A stretch of DNA of 63,475 nt, filler included, from Octopus bimaculoides (lineage: Eukaryota): NCBI RefSeq assembly GCF_001194135.2. It is 7 parts of 7 records of this genome, joined end to end, with 100 filler letters (N's around TTAATTAATTAA, not from the genome) between each part and the next. Parts side by side here need not be neighbours in the genome. Positions count along the whole stretch, not along the records: positions 20,630 to 33,238 come from NC_068999.1; positions 33,339 to 40,633 come from NC_068995.1; 5 more parts are not named here. One strand, given 5' to 3'. A program made the position numbers and the translations under genes. Positions 24,978 through 38,381 of this stretch are shown piece by piece (within the stretch, counting starts at the first letter, position 1; the number at the start of each line of letters is the position of its first letter). Under the pieces are notes generated by a model. That model searched no databases. It was not told where the DNA came from and saw only the letters and a program-made list of their open reading frames with translations.

Positions 24978-25944
24978 CACACATTCAAATTCTTGCACAC
25001 ACACACACACCCCCATGCATGTGTGTCATGTGATCATGTGTAATCAATAGGTAGGCAGTACATGTTTCAGTTAAGATTTCCACCCTCTTGCTGCTTAAAT
25101 TCTTGTCTCTGGGGAATTCTTCTCTGGTGACCCACCCACCCAACCTACTACCTCCATCTCTCTTTCTCACTCTGGTCTCCTGTTGACATACCAAATGATT
25201 ATTTACAGCTGAAGAAAAGAAAAGAAAAAAAACTTATTGTTCCTCAGTTTTTATTTCTGCTCCTTCCCACTACCGCCAACCATATGCCATCAACTCCCTC
25301 CCACCCATTATTACTTTTTAAGGATTAACCGCCACTTTTTAAAAAAAATACATTTTCTTAATTCTGATCCCTGCATCTCACCATAGTTTTTGGCTAGTCC
25401 TTCATTGCTCACATGTATTTATCTGTGTGTGTAGCATTTTACTTAGTCATTAGACTGCAGCCCATGCTAAGCAACACTTGCAAGGGTTTGGTGATCATAT
25501 CTGCCCCAGTCAGTGCTTACTTTTTAACTTTTTTTTGTCATATCTTTTGAAAATACTTTCGTTTCAATCAGTTTTGAAAATAATGGAAGAATTCATTAAA
25601 ATAAGATTATCAAGTTAATGTTCAGAACATGAACTCTCATGAAATTTTAATGAATGGTTTTAATTTCAATCACTTTAAAACAAGGAGTTTGTAATATAGA
25701 ACTGGGGGCCTGTCTCAGTTGAGTTAGTACCAAAAGGGTTAAAGTTGGTGATCCCCCCCCTTATCACACTGTTATGGGGTATAAATGCATTTGAGTATTT
25801 TCCCCTTCTCCTTTTCAGACGACTCACTAATTACCAGATGAATCAAGTCTTTATTCATTGGTTGGTTCCACAAAAAAGACCCATACTGTTTAACCATAGG
25901 ATCAAGTTATGTTGCGGGGCTAAATTAGATTCTTTTATTCTTTA

Positions 25945-26290
25945 CCTGTTTCAGTCATTTGACAGTGGCCATGCTGGGGCACCACTTTTAGTCAAACAAA
26001 TCTATCCCAGGACTTATTCTTTGTAACCCTAGTACTTATTCTTTCATTCTCTTTTGCTGAACCGCTAAGTTACTGGGGCCGTAAACACACCAACATTGGG
26101 GGACAAACACAAATATATATATAGACACACACAAACGGGCTTCTTTCAGTTTCCATCTACCAATTCCACTCACAGTGCTTTGGCCGGTCCAAGGCTATAG
26201 TAAAAGACACTTGCCCAAGGTGTCACACAGTGGGACTGAACTCAGAACCATGTGGCTGGGAAGCAAGCTTCTTACCACTCCTGCGCCTAT
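25945..26290 (-). mobile_element. SINE (internal-microsatellite family)
   Basis: tttcagtcatttgacagtggccatgctgggg..gggcttctttcagtttcc..actcctgcgcctata. Confidence 0.85.
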
Positions 26291-26605
26291 AGATGTTCAT
26301 TAAATATATATGCTCATAAACTCTAATCAACATACTTGCCCAGTGCACATTAATATTGGTTTCAAATTTTGGCGTAACGCCAGCAGTGTCAGGGAAAGAG
26401 GTAAGTTGATTACATCAGCCCCAGTACTCAACCACTACTCTTTCTATCAACCCCAAAAGGATGGAAGACAGTCGACCTCAGCAGAATTATACATATAGAT
26501 ACATATTTATATACATATATTCATACACATACATACACATGCGTACATAGATACATACATACGCACACACATACATAAATTTATATATATGGGAGAGATA
26601 GACTG

Positions 26606-26640
<35 letters not shown>

Positions 26641-26774
26641 TGTGTGGTAATGACACACAGGAATCTCTTAATTTGTCTTAATGAGGTATTTGTACACTGA
26701 GATTACTGTACAATTAATTACAACTAATTAATTTGTTGCAAAATAAACACTATAGCCTCGCATTTTCAACCATG

Positions 26775-27130
26775 TGTGGTTAAGAAGCTTGCTTTGCAAA
26801 TACTTGGTTTTGGGTTCAGTCCTACTGCACAGTACCTTGGTCAAGTACCTTCTATTATAGCCCCAGGCCGACCAATTCTGTGTGAGTGTATCTGGTTGAT
26901 GGAAACTGTGGAAGCCTGTCATGTATGTGTATATAAATGTTGTTCCCCACCACCTCTTGACAACTGGTATTCATTTGGTTACATCTCCATAACCTTGCAG
27001 TTCGGCAAAAGAAACTGATAGAGTAAGTACTGATCTTGAAAATATGTCCTGAGATCAATTTGTTTGACTAAAAAAAAAGGGTGGGGCTTAGTGTGGCACA
27101 TGCTGTGCTCCAGCATGAGTGTAGTTCTCT
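26775..27130 (+). mobile_element. SINE (internal-microsatellite family), decayed
   Basis: gtgtggttaagaagcttgct..ttgggttcagtcc..accttggtcaagt..gatggaaactgtggaagcc. Confidence 0.75.
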
Positions 27131-27489
27131 AATTGAAACAAAAGATATGTGAAATAGACACATGGAAAGAATCATTTAGTTACTTAGTATTAACTTAGCT
27201 TATAAAACTAGTGCTCACTGTGTAAGGGACATCTTCAAGATATTCTGACTGTTCTCAGTAAAGACAATTNNNNNNNNNNTTTTTTTTTTTTTTTTTTTTC
27301 AGTTCTTCAATAAAATGTTTGATGGGACACCTGGGGTAATCTTCTGGAACACCTGGGTGTTTCATTGACTGCTGACTTCTTCAGCCACTGTCCACAGGTT
27401 TCCATGCAAACTTTTGATAACTGTTGGCCATGGGGGTTAATAAAAGATAAAGTTCAATCATTAAACTTGGTTCTTAGTTTACTCAGTCA

Positions 27490-27625
27490 TTTGGAAAGGC
27501 ATCTAGCTGCCGAAGCCATGAAGCCATGCCGTGTCAGATTGGAACCTGGTGCAGCTCTTCAGCTTACCAGTTTGTCAAACTGTCTAACCCATGCCAGCAT
27601 GGAAAGCAGATGCTAAATGATGATA
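27490..27625 (+). mobile_element. RTE-type LINE 3' tail remnant (similar tail at about 28180-28335)
   Basis: ..ggtgcagc..acccatgccagcatggaaagcagatgctaaatgatgat end motif. Confidence 0.55.
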
Positions 27626-28334
27626 TATATAGATATTTCTGTATCTGTGCGCGTGTATTATATATCGCATAAAAAAAAAGTATAATGATATGAATGAGAA
27701 TTTTTTCGCTCTTATGTAATCCAGGTTTAAACAAGAAAATTTTAAAATGTAGTTGACATTATCAATAACCTGACAATATTGAACAGCACTCAATTTAGGA
27801 ACATTTAATATACACACACACACAGAAAAAGCAACAAAATGTGATGTGTGCATTAAAGAGAAAGGATATATATTAAATTGCGTTTCTACTTGGCTGAGTA
27901 CCCAAAATTTCTCAGAACAGAATTACTGCTATGTGGTTTATTTTAATGACAAAGTCTGGTTTTTTCTTTTTCTTTTTTTTTTTTTCAAATTTGTATTTTT
28001 GTTATATAATCATAGTTCTTCAGTTTCCATTCAAATATTGATAACTTTAAGTGTTTTCTGTTATAGCCCACCCATCTTCCACTCGCTGCCAACCAAAACC
28101 TGTGTGGATTTGGTAATGGAAACTAAAAGTAGCTTGTCACACGTGTGCACATATGCACACATGCATCTTTGAGATCACATGGCGGTTGTAAAATGAGCAT
28201 GTTCTTAGCTTCCAGTCTCCCTTCGAAATATATTTGGCCACAGAAAATATTACCTTGCTTAGAAACAGGTGAGGATTGGTGACAGATAGAGCATCCTTCT
28301 GTCTGATCCATGCAAACATGGAAAAGAGGACATT

Positions 28335-28500
28335 ACACTATGAACCGTTTATATAAGTTTTCTGTTGGGTTTAAATCTGAAGATATTGTGCTGGCCACTG
28401 TAATACTCATTCTATTGCTTTCCATGAATTCCTTGATTATTCCTGTTGAGTGCACTGTCACCATTGCCGTTATATTACGCTTGTTCCAGTATTTCTGCTG
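28335..28500 (-). mobile_element. Tc1 transposase C-terminal remnant
   Basis: H..GIIKEFMESNRM, then across a frameshift LQWPAQ-SDLNPTENL (consensus WP.QSPDLNPIENLW). Confidence 0.7.
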
Positions 28501-29499
28501 CCTGTTCCATCTGTGTGTTAAGCTTGCGTCAAAGGAGGCTGTAAGTTGAATATAGAAATATAGTGGAAGGGGAGAAAGGGAGACAATGAAATGGAAATAG
28601 TTGAAACAGTGAAAACATAGAAAGGGAAAGCACAAGAGATGGTGGGGGGGTCTATATTCTTAGAAATAGTGAGGGGGGTGGGAAGAAAGTCTATATCAGG
28701 CCTGGCCAACTTGAATTACATTGCAGGCCACTTTAATCTAAGTCTTTTTGAGGGCCACTTGTATACAGACAGAATTGAAATCATTTTGCTTTCTCATGCT
28801 ATTATTACAATAACGAATGAATGAATAAATGATTGCTGATTCAGCATGAAATATTATCATTGCAAAAACAGTATCTTTCTTTTTTTACTTTTCATTAAAA
28901 TCTTTAATTTTTGATAAGATTTTTAAAATGTTTAAATAAACCCATTTCAAGAATATATCAAGCAGGCCGCAAGATAAATCTGCAGGTCTCAGGTTGGCTT
29001 GCCCTGGTCTATATTCTGCATTTGTGCATTAAAATTGTAGGTGCAACCAAAATGTTTAACACAATGAAACAAAATCATGAAGATGTATAACTTTATACTT
29101 TAAAAGATATATCAACACTTGAATTTAGTGAAATAACCTTACTTAGCAAGTAGCTGTGGAACTCACTTGTATTTTTTGTTCCAAACCAAAACCTGCAGCA
29201 TGTTGAAACACTGCTACTATCCATTTATATTTTTAATTGAGTTTAAATGCTTATCAGTGTTGTGAAAGTAACCGTACACATACTTTGGCTTGTGAGAAAG
29301 TAGATATGATAGTTACTTAGACACAGACAGGTAAGTAGGCAGGTAGATGAGCATATCAGTATATTAAAAGTTATGCAAATAGAGGTATATTAATAAATAT
29401 ACAAATTGATAGATTGCACAAGTGGAATGAAAATCTCAATTGGTAAATTACTTGAATTTAACCTTCTTGGTGGTTGGACAGCAAAAAATGTAATTTACA

Positions 29500-29650
29500 C
29501 ATTATTTTTAAAATTCCTTCACTTAATGCATAGGCAATTATATGTGGCATTTTCTAGGGCCAAGAAATTATTTGATGTGGTAGTAAGAGTAGTTGAGACC
29601 AAGAGACAAGACAAATAAAGTAAAAAACCTTCTGTATTATAGTGTTGAGA
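29500..29650 (+). mobile_element. Helitron PIF1-type helicase C-terminal remnant
   Basis: HRQLYVAFSRAKKLFDVVVRVVETKRQDK matches the HGQLYVAxSR helicase motif VI and its following region. Confidence 0.65.
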
Positions 29651-31042
29651 GTAATAAATCTAGAATTTTAATAATTTCATATGGATGTCATTCATATTAC
29701 ATTCAGTTCATATAGTTTGTAAAATATTTTTTGCAATCACATACCATGCTCATTTCATATGCATTTAAATTGGTTTGTTTTGTATTTCTGTTTCTATATG
29801 TATGTCACAGTTTGTATTGTTGCATTTGTAATGCAAAATGTGGGTATCTAATTCAGTAAGCTCATTTTTTTTTTTTTTTTATGTGCATATCATAATCATA
29901 TAAAACATAGTTTGTATTTACTTTGTAAATATTAAACAGTTAAGCAATAATGCTTTATTTTTAATTCATCTTTTATTTCCTTAAACTATAAAGCACATCA
30001 TATCTGTCAAACGTATTACAAGGAGATAAATAAGCAATACATTCGAAATTCATTTCATTTATATTTAAAAGCACTGTTTGATTAAATGGCAGGATATCAA
30101 ACAAATTTTTTGAAACTCTGCCTTTAATATACCAACATGGTTTTCAAAAGTGCTGGCTTATACTGTGGAATTTCCACAGGTTCTGCTAGTATTGATAAAT
30201 TCACATCTGGCCCAAATTGTTTTTTGATATATGGAAGCAGGACTCTCTGCAAGATCTCTTAATGTTGGAGATGCACTTGATCATCAGAGACAAATTCAGT
30301 TTCACTTCCTTCAACCATTGATGCCTCAATTTTTTTTTAAAAACCTGTGCATTTTTAAGCGCATTGCATCACACAGACCGAAACTGCTCTTCAGTTTTTG
30401 ATGCTTGCAACATTAACCTACTTATGGTGTTTCTGTTAAATCTCATTCACATTGTTAGCAGGTCCCTTTCTTGTTCTTTATTGATGAACTATAGTTTCAG
30501 GGTTACAATAGTTTGAGAACAGTCCGGATAGGGACCAGTTTCACTGAAGGTGTCCATAGCATGGTGAGCCATTGTTTGCTGAGCATAATTTCAGCCCTGT
30601 ACAGTTGGACAATTCTCAATTGTCTCTAAGCGTTCACATTTTCCAATCACAACAGATCTTAGTGGGATTATCAAATAAATGATTTGCCTTACTATATCAA
30701 ATATTAAAAACTTTTCTAAAGCATTTTTAGATTAAGTGAATTCATAGCTTTATTAATTCTCTCAGTAATTACTTTATGCTAGTTACAATTTTCAGTTTTA
30801 AAATTTACATCATTTAGGAGTCTAAAAATTAAAAAAAATTTCAGTTTGAATCAAATGATAATGGTTATTCATTGCATTACTCACCTTTAAATTAGCATTG
30901 CTACTACTACACATTTAGTACACCACAATATTTTAAGAATTTGAAATGGAAGGTATACTCTCAACCAAAGTTTCCCAACTACATGTAAAATCAACTGGCT
31001 AACATTTTCACTTATTGGTTATACTCTCCAACCATGTGAGTT

Positions 31043-31682
31043 TGTAGTGAAACCTCTCTCTCGGGCATTCAATCACAAATAACGAAGTTGCTAACATCTA
31101 GCCTTCGGCTACCTTGTTCCTTTCTGTCCTACATCCTGATTGGTTCTTATTTTGCGCGGCAATTGTCCCCATGTTCTGCTTGCTTAGGGGGCATTACATC
31201 CAATCGTGGCTTAGGATAAAGTCACGTGAGGAGTTTTACTGGGTTTCCGGTGAGCCCGATCCAACGACGGCAAACGTCTTCGATTTCAGATCTTTCACAT
31301 GTCTGGTCTCTGACCAAACGGGTCTTCGATTTCAGATCTCTCACAGGTCTGGTCGTTGACCACACATATACAGAACACAGCTACAGCCAGTTCCAGCGCC
31401 GACGTCTTCACCACCAATGTACCGTCTACCACAATGTTGTGCGCCAGCAACCCCACCATCAAGGACACACCAACATCAACAAGCTCGGTTTTATCTTCAC
31501 TGTATGAGTGGGATTTCCACTCACGAACAAGTCAGAACTAACCAGCGAGAATATTCCGTACCAGGTGACAGCTCTGCTCCTTGGCCACAACTTCTGCATA
31601 TGAACATTCTAAATCTTGTGTAACTCTTATACGAACTGCTTTTCTCTATTTGAGACTTTTTTTATTGTCTGTGTTCTGTGTT

Positions 31683-31721
<39 letters not shown>

Positions 31722-32070
31722 TGCACTCACATATTGTACACACACTATTGTTTATATGACGGCCCGTCACTTCACATTGTTGTATACCTTCTCTCGTACA
31801 CAAAGGCCTGATTTATCTACTGTCTTAATTTTATATGTCGCATGCACGCACACACAGACAAACAGTTTCACTTTGTTAAATTTTTTCTTTATATATCTAA
31901 CGGTTGAGTTTGTCCTAAGTTCTTTTACTGGCACAATGGCTCGTATCTCTCTTAAACGAGCCTTCCATTATATATATCTTGTTTTGTGTTTGACCGTGCG
32001 ACATGGTAAAAAGGAGCCTTTTCTCGTCTACGTCGCCATCTCCTTTGGTTCGCACGGTGGAAGTATTACA
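31043..32070. mobile_element. Solo-LTR-like element (TG...CA) inserted into a SINE
   Basis: Begins TGTAGT and ends TATTACA. Flanks agtt/ggtt give a 4-bp TSD with one mismatch. Removing the element rejoins a SINE (caaccatgtg|gtttaggttcagtcc). Its right end is homologous, in inverse orientation, to the start of 47593-48930. Confidence 0.7.
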
Positions 32071-32911
32071 GGTTTAGGTTCAGTCCTGCTGAGTGGTACT
32101 TTGGGCTAATGTCTTCTACTATAAACCTGGAACTGACCAAAGTCTTAGTGGATTTGGTAGGAATCTGAAAGAAGCTTGTCATTTGTGCATGTACACCTGT
32201 CTCTTGTAGACAAGGGCCACTGTCATACAGTTTATATTTGTTTCCAGTTTTTCATTTTGTAGAAAAATCTGCTTCCAATGAATTCTTGGAGAAGTGGACA
32301 ATAAATATATATGCATCTATAATTGTGTGCAGAGAGGGAGAGAGAGAAAAACGTTTGTGTATGTGAGGTGTCTTAGGGTTGTACAAATTGTAATGGTGCT
32401 GCACCAATGACCTAATAATGCAACAAGTCCAGCTGAGCAAAAACATTGTCCTGTCAAAAGGAAGGGTTAGGCTGGTGTCTAGCACACTGTTATGCTACTA
32501 AGAGTAACACACACTTCTTACTTTTCAGTAAACCATTTTTCTAGTAGAAGGCTGTTCCAATGTAAAATCTGGTAGCGTCTTTGAGGTAACTATCTTGCAT
32601 CACCTTTGGCTTTAGGTTAATTGGCTTGGATAATGAGTTCTGTGTTGTGCAAGTTGTTCCTGGCTGAAATTTCATGCAGATATTGTGGCAATTTCCTATT
32701 TTCTAATCAGTGAATGTGTACGTGCGTGCGTGCATATATACATTACATACATGTAATGTATATATTCACATAGGTGTATATTATACACCCATGTATTAGT
32801 TGGTCTAGGAGGAGACACTTGGTCAAAGTACAACGCAGAAGGGACATCCGGTCATAATGCAGTGTCCACCCCCACCCCCCTGTGCCCAATAAAAGCCCTA
32901 TCACACCCATG

Positions 32912-32947
<36 letters not shown>

Positions 32948-32959
32948 GTGTGTAGGTGT

Positions 32960-33238
32960 AGACATGACTGTGTGGTAAGAAGCTTCCTAACCACATGGTT
33001 CCAGATTCAGTCCTGCTGTAACACCTTGGGCAAGTATCTTTTACAATGGCCTCAGGTCAACCAAAGCCTTGTGAGTGGATTTGGCAGACGGAAACTGAAA
33101 GAAGACTCGTGTACATATGTGTGTCTTGGCAACCTGTGTTGGTGTAATTACGTTTCCGAAACTTACCGGATCGGCAAAAGAGAGCAATAGAATAAGTACT
33201 GGGCCGAAAAGATAAGTCCTGGGGGTCCGTTTGTTCAA
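32960..33238 (+). mobile_element. SINE (internal-microsatellite family)
   Basis: tgactgtgtggtaagaagcttcc..accttgggcaagt..ttgtgagtggatttggcagacggaaactgaaagaag. Confidence 0.85.
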
Positions 33239-33694
33239 NNNNNNNNNNNNNNNNNNNNNNNNNNNNNNNNNNNNNNNNNNNNTTAATTAATTAANNNNNN
33301 NNNNNNNNNNNNNNNNNNNNNNNNNNNNNNNNNNNNNNCCTACCCACATACCCCTACCTCTACCCCCACCCTCAACCTAACCCACACTCCACCCATGCCT
33401 TCCCCAACTCCCAACACCCTCACATCACGCCACGCACACACTACAACTGACCAACTCCTTTCTCCCCTCCCCATTTTCACACATGCATACGTCAAGATCA
33501 CCAGCATTCTATCTCTCACACACACAGCACCTCAGTCTTCGATCACCGTTCTTTCTCCCTCTTTTGTTATCTCCCCCTTTTCTTAGTTCTTCTGTGTAAA
33601 ATGTCTAACTTCCGGTCAGCCATAGCTGTGATTGACCGTTGACCGAAAACTATTCAATTTTTTTTTCTCCGTGTTTTTCTCCTTGTCTCCGTAT

Positions 33695-33731
33695 TCTTTC
33701 TGTTGAAGAGCGTAGCTCGAAACGTTAAAGA
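33695..33731 (+). ncRNA. Minimal type I hammerhead-like motif with variant core (CUGUUGA)
   Basis: UCUUU-CUGUUGA-A-GAGC-gua-GCUC-GAA-ACGU-U/AAAGA. It has a 5-bp stem I, a 4-bp stem II and palindromic helix III, with one substitution in the conserved core. Confidence 0.6.
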
Positions 33732-34250
33732 CTTTCCGTATTCCCGAGCGTCATACTAATACATCCTTTTGTTGTTTACACCACCTGTCCCCGTGTGTTG
33801 TTTTTTTTTTCGTACATTCTCCCATATATATATATATATATATATATGTTCTTAGATCAAAGAACTACAGATCAGAAATATTTACAAGGCACGAGAATCT
33901 CAGCAATTTGATACTATCGAAGTGGAATAGATCCGACTCAGTAGAATAGATAGACATTTTAACATGCATTAGCCTTTCCTACCTTTGAGTACCCCGACAG
34001 GCATGTTATTTTAGATACAACTACTCAACATTGGCAACATTGGTTATGTAATGGGATACCAGGACACGATCTTTATTCTCCCCTTTGCTAAACGTTATGT
34101 CACTTATTCTCTAATTTTCCCACAGAGTACCCATGACATCTAAGAAAAATTGCTGGATCCTTTACTGTACTTAATATAATCCTGTCCGATTAGGCTCTAT
34201 TAGTGCCTTCAATATGAAGGAGAGGACATATAAATTCTATATTCCTTAAA

Positions 34251-34347
<97 letters not shown>

Positions 34348-34359
34348 GTTTGTATGTAT

Positions 34360-34725
34360 AGGCGCAGGAGCGGCTATGTGGTAAGTAGCTTGCTTACGAC
34401 ATGGTTCCGTATTCAGACCCTCTGCGTGGCACCTTAGGCAAGTGCATTCTACTATAGCCTCGAGCCGACCAAAACCTTCTGAGTGGAATTGGTAGATGGA
34501 AACTGAAAGAAGCCCGTCGTATACGTGTGTAAGTGTGTGTGTGTTTGTGTGTCTGTGTTTGTCCCCCCACCACCACCGCTTAACAACCGATGTTGGTGTG
34601 TTCACGTCCCCGTAACATAGCAGTTCACGAAGCAAACCAATAGATTAAGTACCAGGCTTACAAAGAATTTCTTCGACTACAGGCCGTGCTCCAGCATGGC
34701 CGCCGTCAAATTACTGAAACAAAAG
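34360..34725 (+). mobile_element. Full-length SINE (internal-microsatellite family), CpG-rich copy
   Basis: ataggcgcaggagcggctatgtggtaag..gcctcgagccgacc..agaagcccgtcgtata..ggccgccgtcaaattactgaaac. Confidence 0.9.
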
Positions 34726-36337
34726 AAATAAAAAAGAATATGCATGTGTGTATAAATTATTGAGGTGGCTTTTTCGCAATTTAGAACCGATAGAGAAGTA
34801 CACTCATGACTAAAGTGGTTGCTAGTAATTGGCTTTGACTATTATTTCTAGCAACGCTGGTGCTTACTAGCACCCTCCGACACTTTACGTGACGACACTA
34901 CTTCTTGCCTATATAGATATATATGCATGTGTGTGTGTATGTATTTATGTTGCCGGCATAAATTATCTACCGATAAAATGGCAAGATTGTGCTGATAACT
35001 TAGGAGGATATTTTGATCAACTTTCAGTTCAAAATCGGACATTTCATTCTTAATGACCTGATATATACATGTGTGAATGTGCGAGTGTGCTTGAGTGTGA
35101 CAGCGTGAGGTGCAGTGGCGAGAGTGTTGCACCCACGATCCCTAGATCGTAGGTTCGGAGCACAGGTCGGGGGCGCGTAGAGTTCTTGAGCAAAACAGAG
35201 GACTTATGCTAGGTTTTGGGAGATGGCGAAGCTTTTTATAAGTATTGTGTGAAGCAAGTACGGAAAAATTAGCAAAGAAAGACAGAGAGAGACATAGATA
35301 GATAGAAAGGTAGAGAGAGAAAGATAGAGAGAGGGGTTATCAAAACGAGAGAATGGGAGAAAAAACAAGACCTTATACAGAATAAATAGAGAGAAAAAGG
35401 TAGGAATCGAAACAGAATAGGGAAAAAAACAGGGGGAGAGGGAAAAGTGAATGAAGAAAAAGAAGAAAAAAGTAAATTGGACAAACATAAAAATGATGAT
35501 AAGCGAAAAATATATAAACTGCATGATAAAGCAACTGAAATGAATTAATGATTAAATAAATATACCCAAAAGATAGAGAATTTGAAAGAGAGCGCATGAG
35601 AAGTGAGGAGGGAAGTATGGGATAATGTTAAAGCGCTGTATTCTGAAATTGAGTCAGTTAACATATTGATTCAAATAATAGGAGAATGGAAAATGAATAT
35701 AAGCAAAAAATATAATGCATAAATTGGTGTAGGTCATGATCTTACACATGATAAACTTCCAAAGGTCATTTTGTATATTTCAAAAGGACTAATTCTAAAC
35801 ACCCATATACACATACTTTGTTTAATGTATAAACTATAGAATCATATAAACAAACACATGCAGGTGGGCATACTAATGCACAGAAACACAATATACATAT
35901 ATGTATGTGTATATATGTGTGTGTGTGTGAGGTGCGCGCGCATACACACACATATATATCCACACAACACACACAGATACTCACTCGCACAATAACGCAT
36001 ATGCGTATATATACAAGAAATTCAGATAACACAAGTTTATACGCTGGTCAACAAAATTTAAAATATGATACTCATTATGTATGCAAAACAACTTTTTTAT
36101 GCCAATGTTTCATGCTGATTTCAAAAGTCCACTCCCTTAGTATGCAGCACAGTTTTCAGTTTTTCAGTAGATGCATGCAAATATTTATATATTTGTTTAT
36201 ATGAAATCATTAACGTAATCAATAAGGACATATTATTTGTAGAAAGTAAATGAGTATTGAGTTCTAAACCATTACTATCATTCTACAAAGATTGAATAAA
36301 CAAAAAATGGGTCAGACAAAACAAAGTTTGAACAGAG

Positions 36338-37957
36338 TCAGAAATATTGTGATGTGGATTTCCTGCGGTGTTCTTGATCTGGTTGATCACGGTAAAGTGT
36401 CCAGCAGTAGTCAACCGTCATACTGTTATTTCTCCATATCACTACTGTATTGGGAAAATCTTTCACCATGTTCATCAGACACTGCTTCAAGGTTATCTCT
36501 GAAGAAATCCAGATGGGAGTCCAAGATCAGAACTTTGAGTGACATGCGACTACCCAATGCTGAGAAAAATTTCAGAAGATTGTTGATGCCATCCTTGTAG
36601 TCAAATGCCTTCTTGTTGCCCAAGAAATTCTCACAAATCCAACTGAAAGCATTGCAAGCAGGCAGTTCCAGTTCATTTAATGCTGTCTTGAATTTGACAC
36701 CATTGAGTACTTCTCTAATTTGGGATCCGACAAAGATACCCATTTCAACTTCGCCTGTGTGATTTTGAGAAACTTTTCTACAGTATACTCAAATCCTCTG
36801 GCATTTCTCTTCCCTAGTGTCGTTCCAAGTGTTTCATCATTCCAAGCATTATGTGCAAAGGGGGAAATAGAATATTACATGGATCAACAAGAGGTGTATT
36901 CTTAACGCTAGACAGTCCTGATTGTTCTTGTCTGCCAGTTTGATTCCGAATGATGTCTTCAAGTTGCTCGACTATCGCATAGACACAAAAAAACAACAAT
37001 ATTTCGTGAAACCTGACAGCATTCCCATTATCATTCCATTGACTTTTAAATCTCCACATATTTTCCATGAATATTTTTCACAGGCAATGAATTGAAGTAA
37101 AAGTTCCATATTTCATATGATTCATGAAGATGAACGAAGTATGCAATAGGAATAGAGGGCTTCAAATTACCATTATGAAGTACAGCTTTTAAACTTCGTT
37201 ATGAAGAGTCAATAAGCAAACGCCACTCTGCATAATCATGATTTTGTGATAAACATTCGAAAATTCCATCAACATTGATGTTACTGCTAAAGCAAAGCGG
37301 GTCTTCAACAGAAAAACACGTTTCTAGAACCACATTTCTCTGCCGAAAATAGGTTATACGAACACCGTGCTCTAGTAGATATTTCTCCTTCAGTCTTGAT
37401 GCCAATAGTTCTGCTTCATCTTTTGAGAGAGATAGGTTTCTGATAACGTCATTCAGTTAACCTTGGGAAAATTTCTGAGATTCAAAGCTATCATCATCAG
37501 CCACGTATTCTTCATCAGAAGCACTATCGTGACAGTCAGCATCGTCATCTACTGTTTCATTACCACATCCGGTGGAAATGGAATTGGCAGACTTCCATTG
37601 TGAAGCACAAACCTCATTGCAGAATCCAAATTAGGATACACAATTTTGTGTTTTTTCTTCATAGAAAAATCTTGTGACATATACTTTGCAAAAATAACAG
37701 TCTTTAAAATGGTATTTCGGCTCCCTCCATGTCATTTGAATGACAAAAGGCATGCACTTATTATTGAGTCAGTCACGTAAGCCATTTGAGCAAGCTGATC
37801 AGATAAAATTTGGTGCCCATAACTTGTGCTGATCTCCTAGAAGATATGGCTTATAAATCTTCTTGATCTCTGATGTTAATTTACGTTTTTGAGATTTCAC
37901 AAATTATTCACAGCCATAACAAAACACATCAGCACGATTTCTACACTGTCTTGACAT
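36338..37957 (-). pseudogene. Chapaev3-type transposase pseudogene
   Basis: All motif blocks are in order but are interrupted by several stops and frameshifts (track ORFs 37199-37405, 36814-37068 and 36426-36743 are pieces). Confidence 0.85.
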
Positions 37958-38381
37958 TGTTAACACTGTAAAACAAGTAAGGAAATAGATAAAAACGGTT
38001 ATACTTATATTGTATTTAAGATGATGAACTATTCTATCAAATCAATTAAGACTTGACAATTTCAGATGTTGAAATACTTATTTAATCAGATAAAACTGTA
38101 TTGGTTAATTTAAGATGATGAAATATTGCATCTGAACTATGCAGCAATGACTAATGTAGTTTATTTTAAAGGTATGTTTCCATGATGTAAATGAAATACA
38201 TGCATACACGTCATTAAATGGAATTTATATATAATCCATGAGATAAAAACCAAAAAAAACTTTCTCATCTTAAAAACTGTACGTGATGTCAAAAAACTAA
38301 TTGTATATTTGAAATTAGCATTAAAAACAACGCTAAATATTCCTTGACATATGCTTGAGGAAAAATGCTTGTTGACCAGTG
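36338..38381 (-). mobile_element. Decayed, near full-length Chapaev3-type (CMC superfamily) DNA transposon
   Basis: Minus strand from ATG 37957 reads MSRQCRNRADVFCY..LGDQHKLWAP..WREPKYHFKDCYFC..YPNLDSA, then EWRLLIDSS, LFPPLHIMLG, GIFVGSQIR, FLGNK, SHLDFF, SDEHGERF and DYCW, to a stop at 36338. The 5' terminus CACTGGTCAAC is at 38381. Confidence 0.85.

Noticed and set aside
28340-28540. Apparent minus-strand exon with a good acceptor and a 100-aa ORF
   Set aside because: Better explained as a Tc1 transposase remnant (WPAQ-SDLNPTENL).
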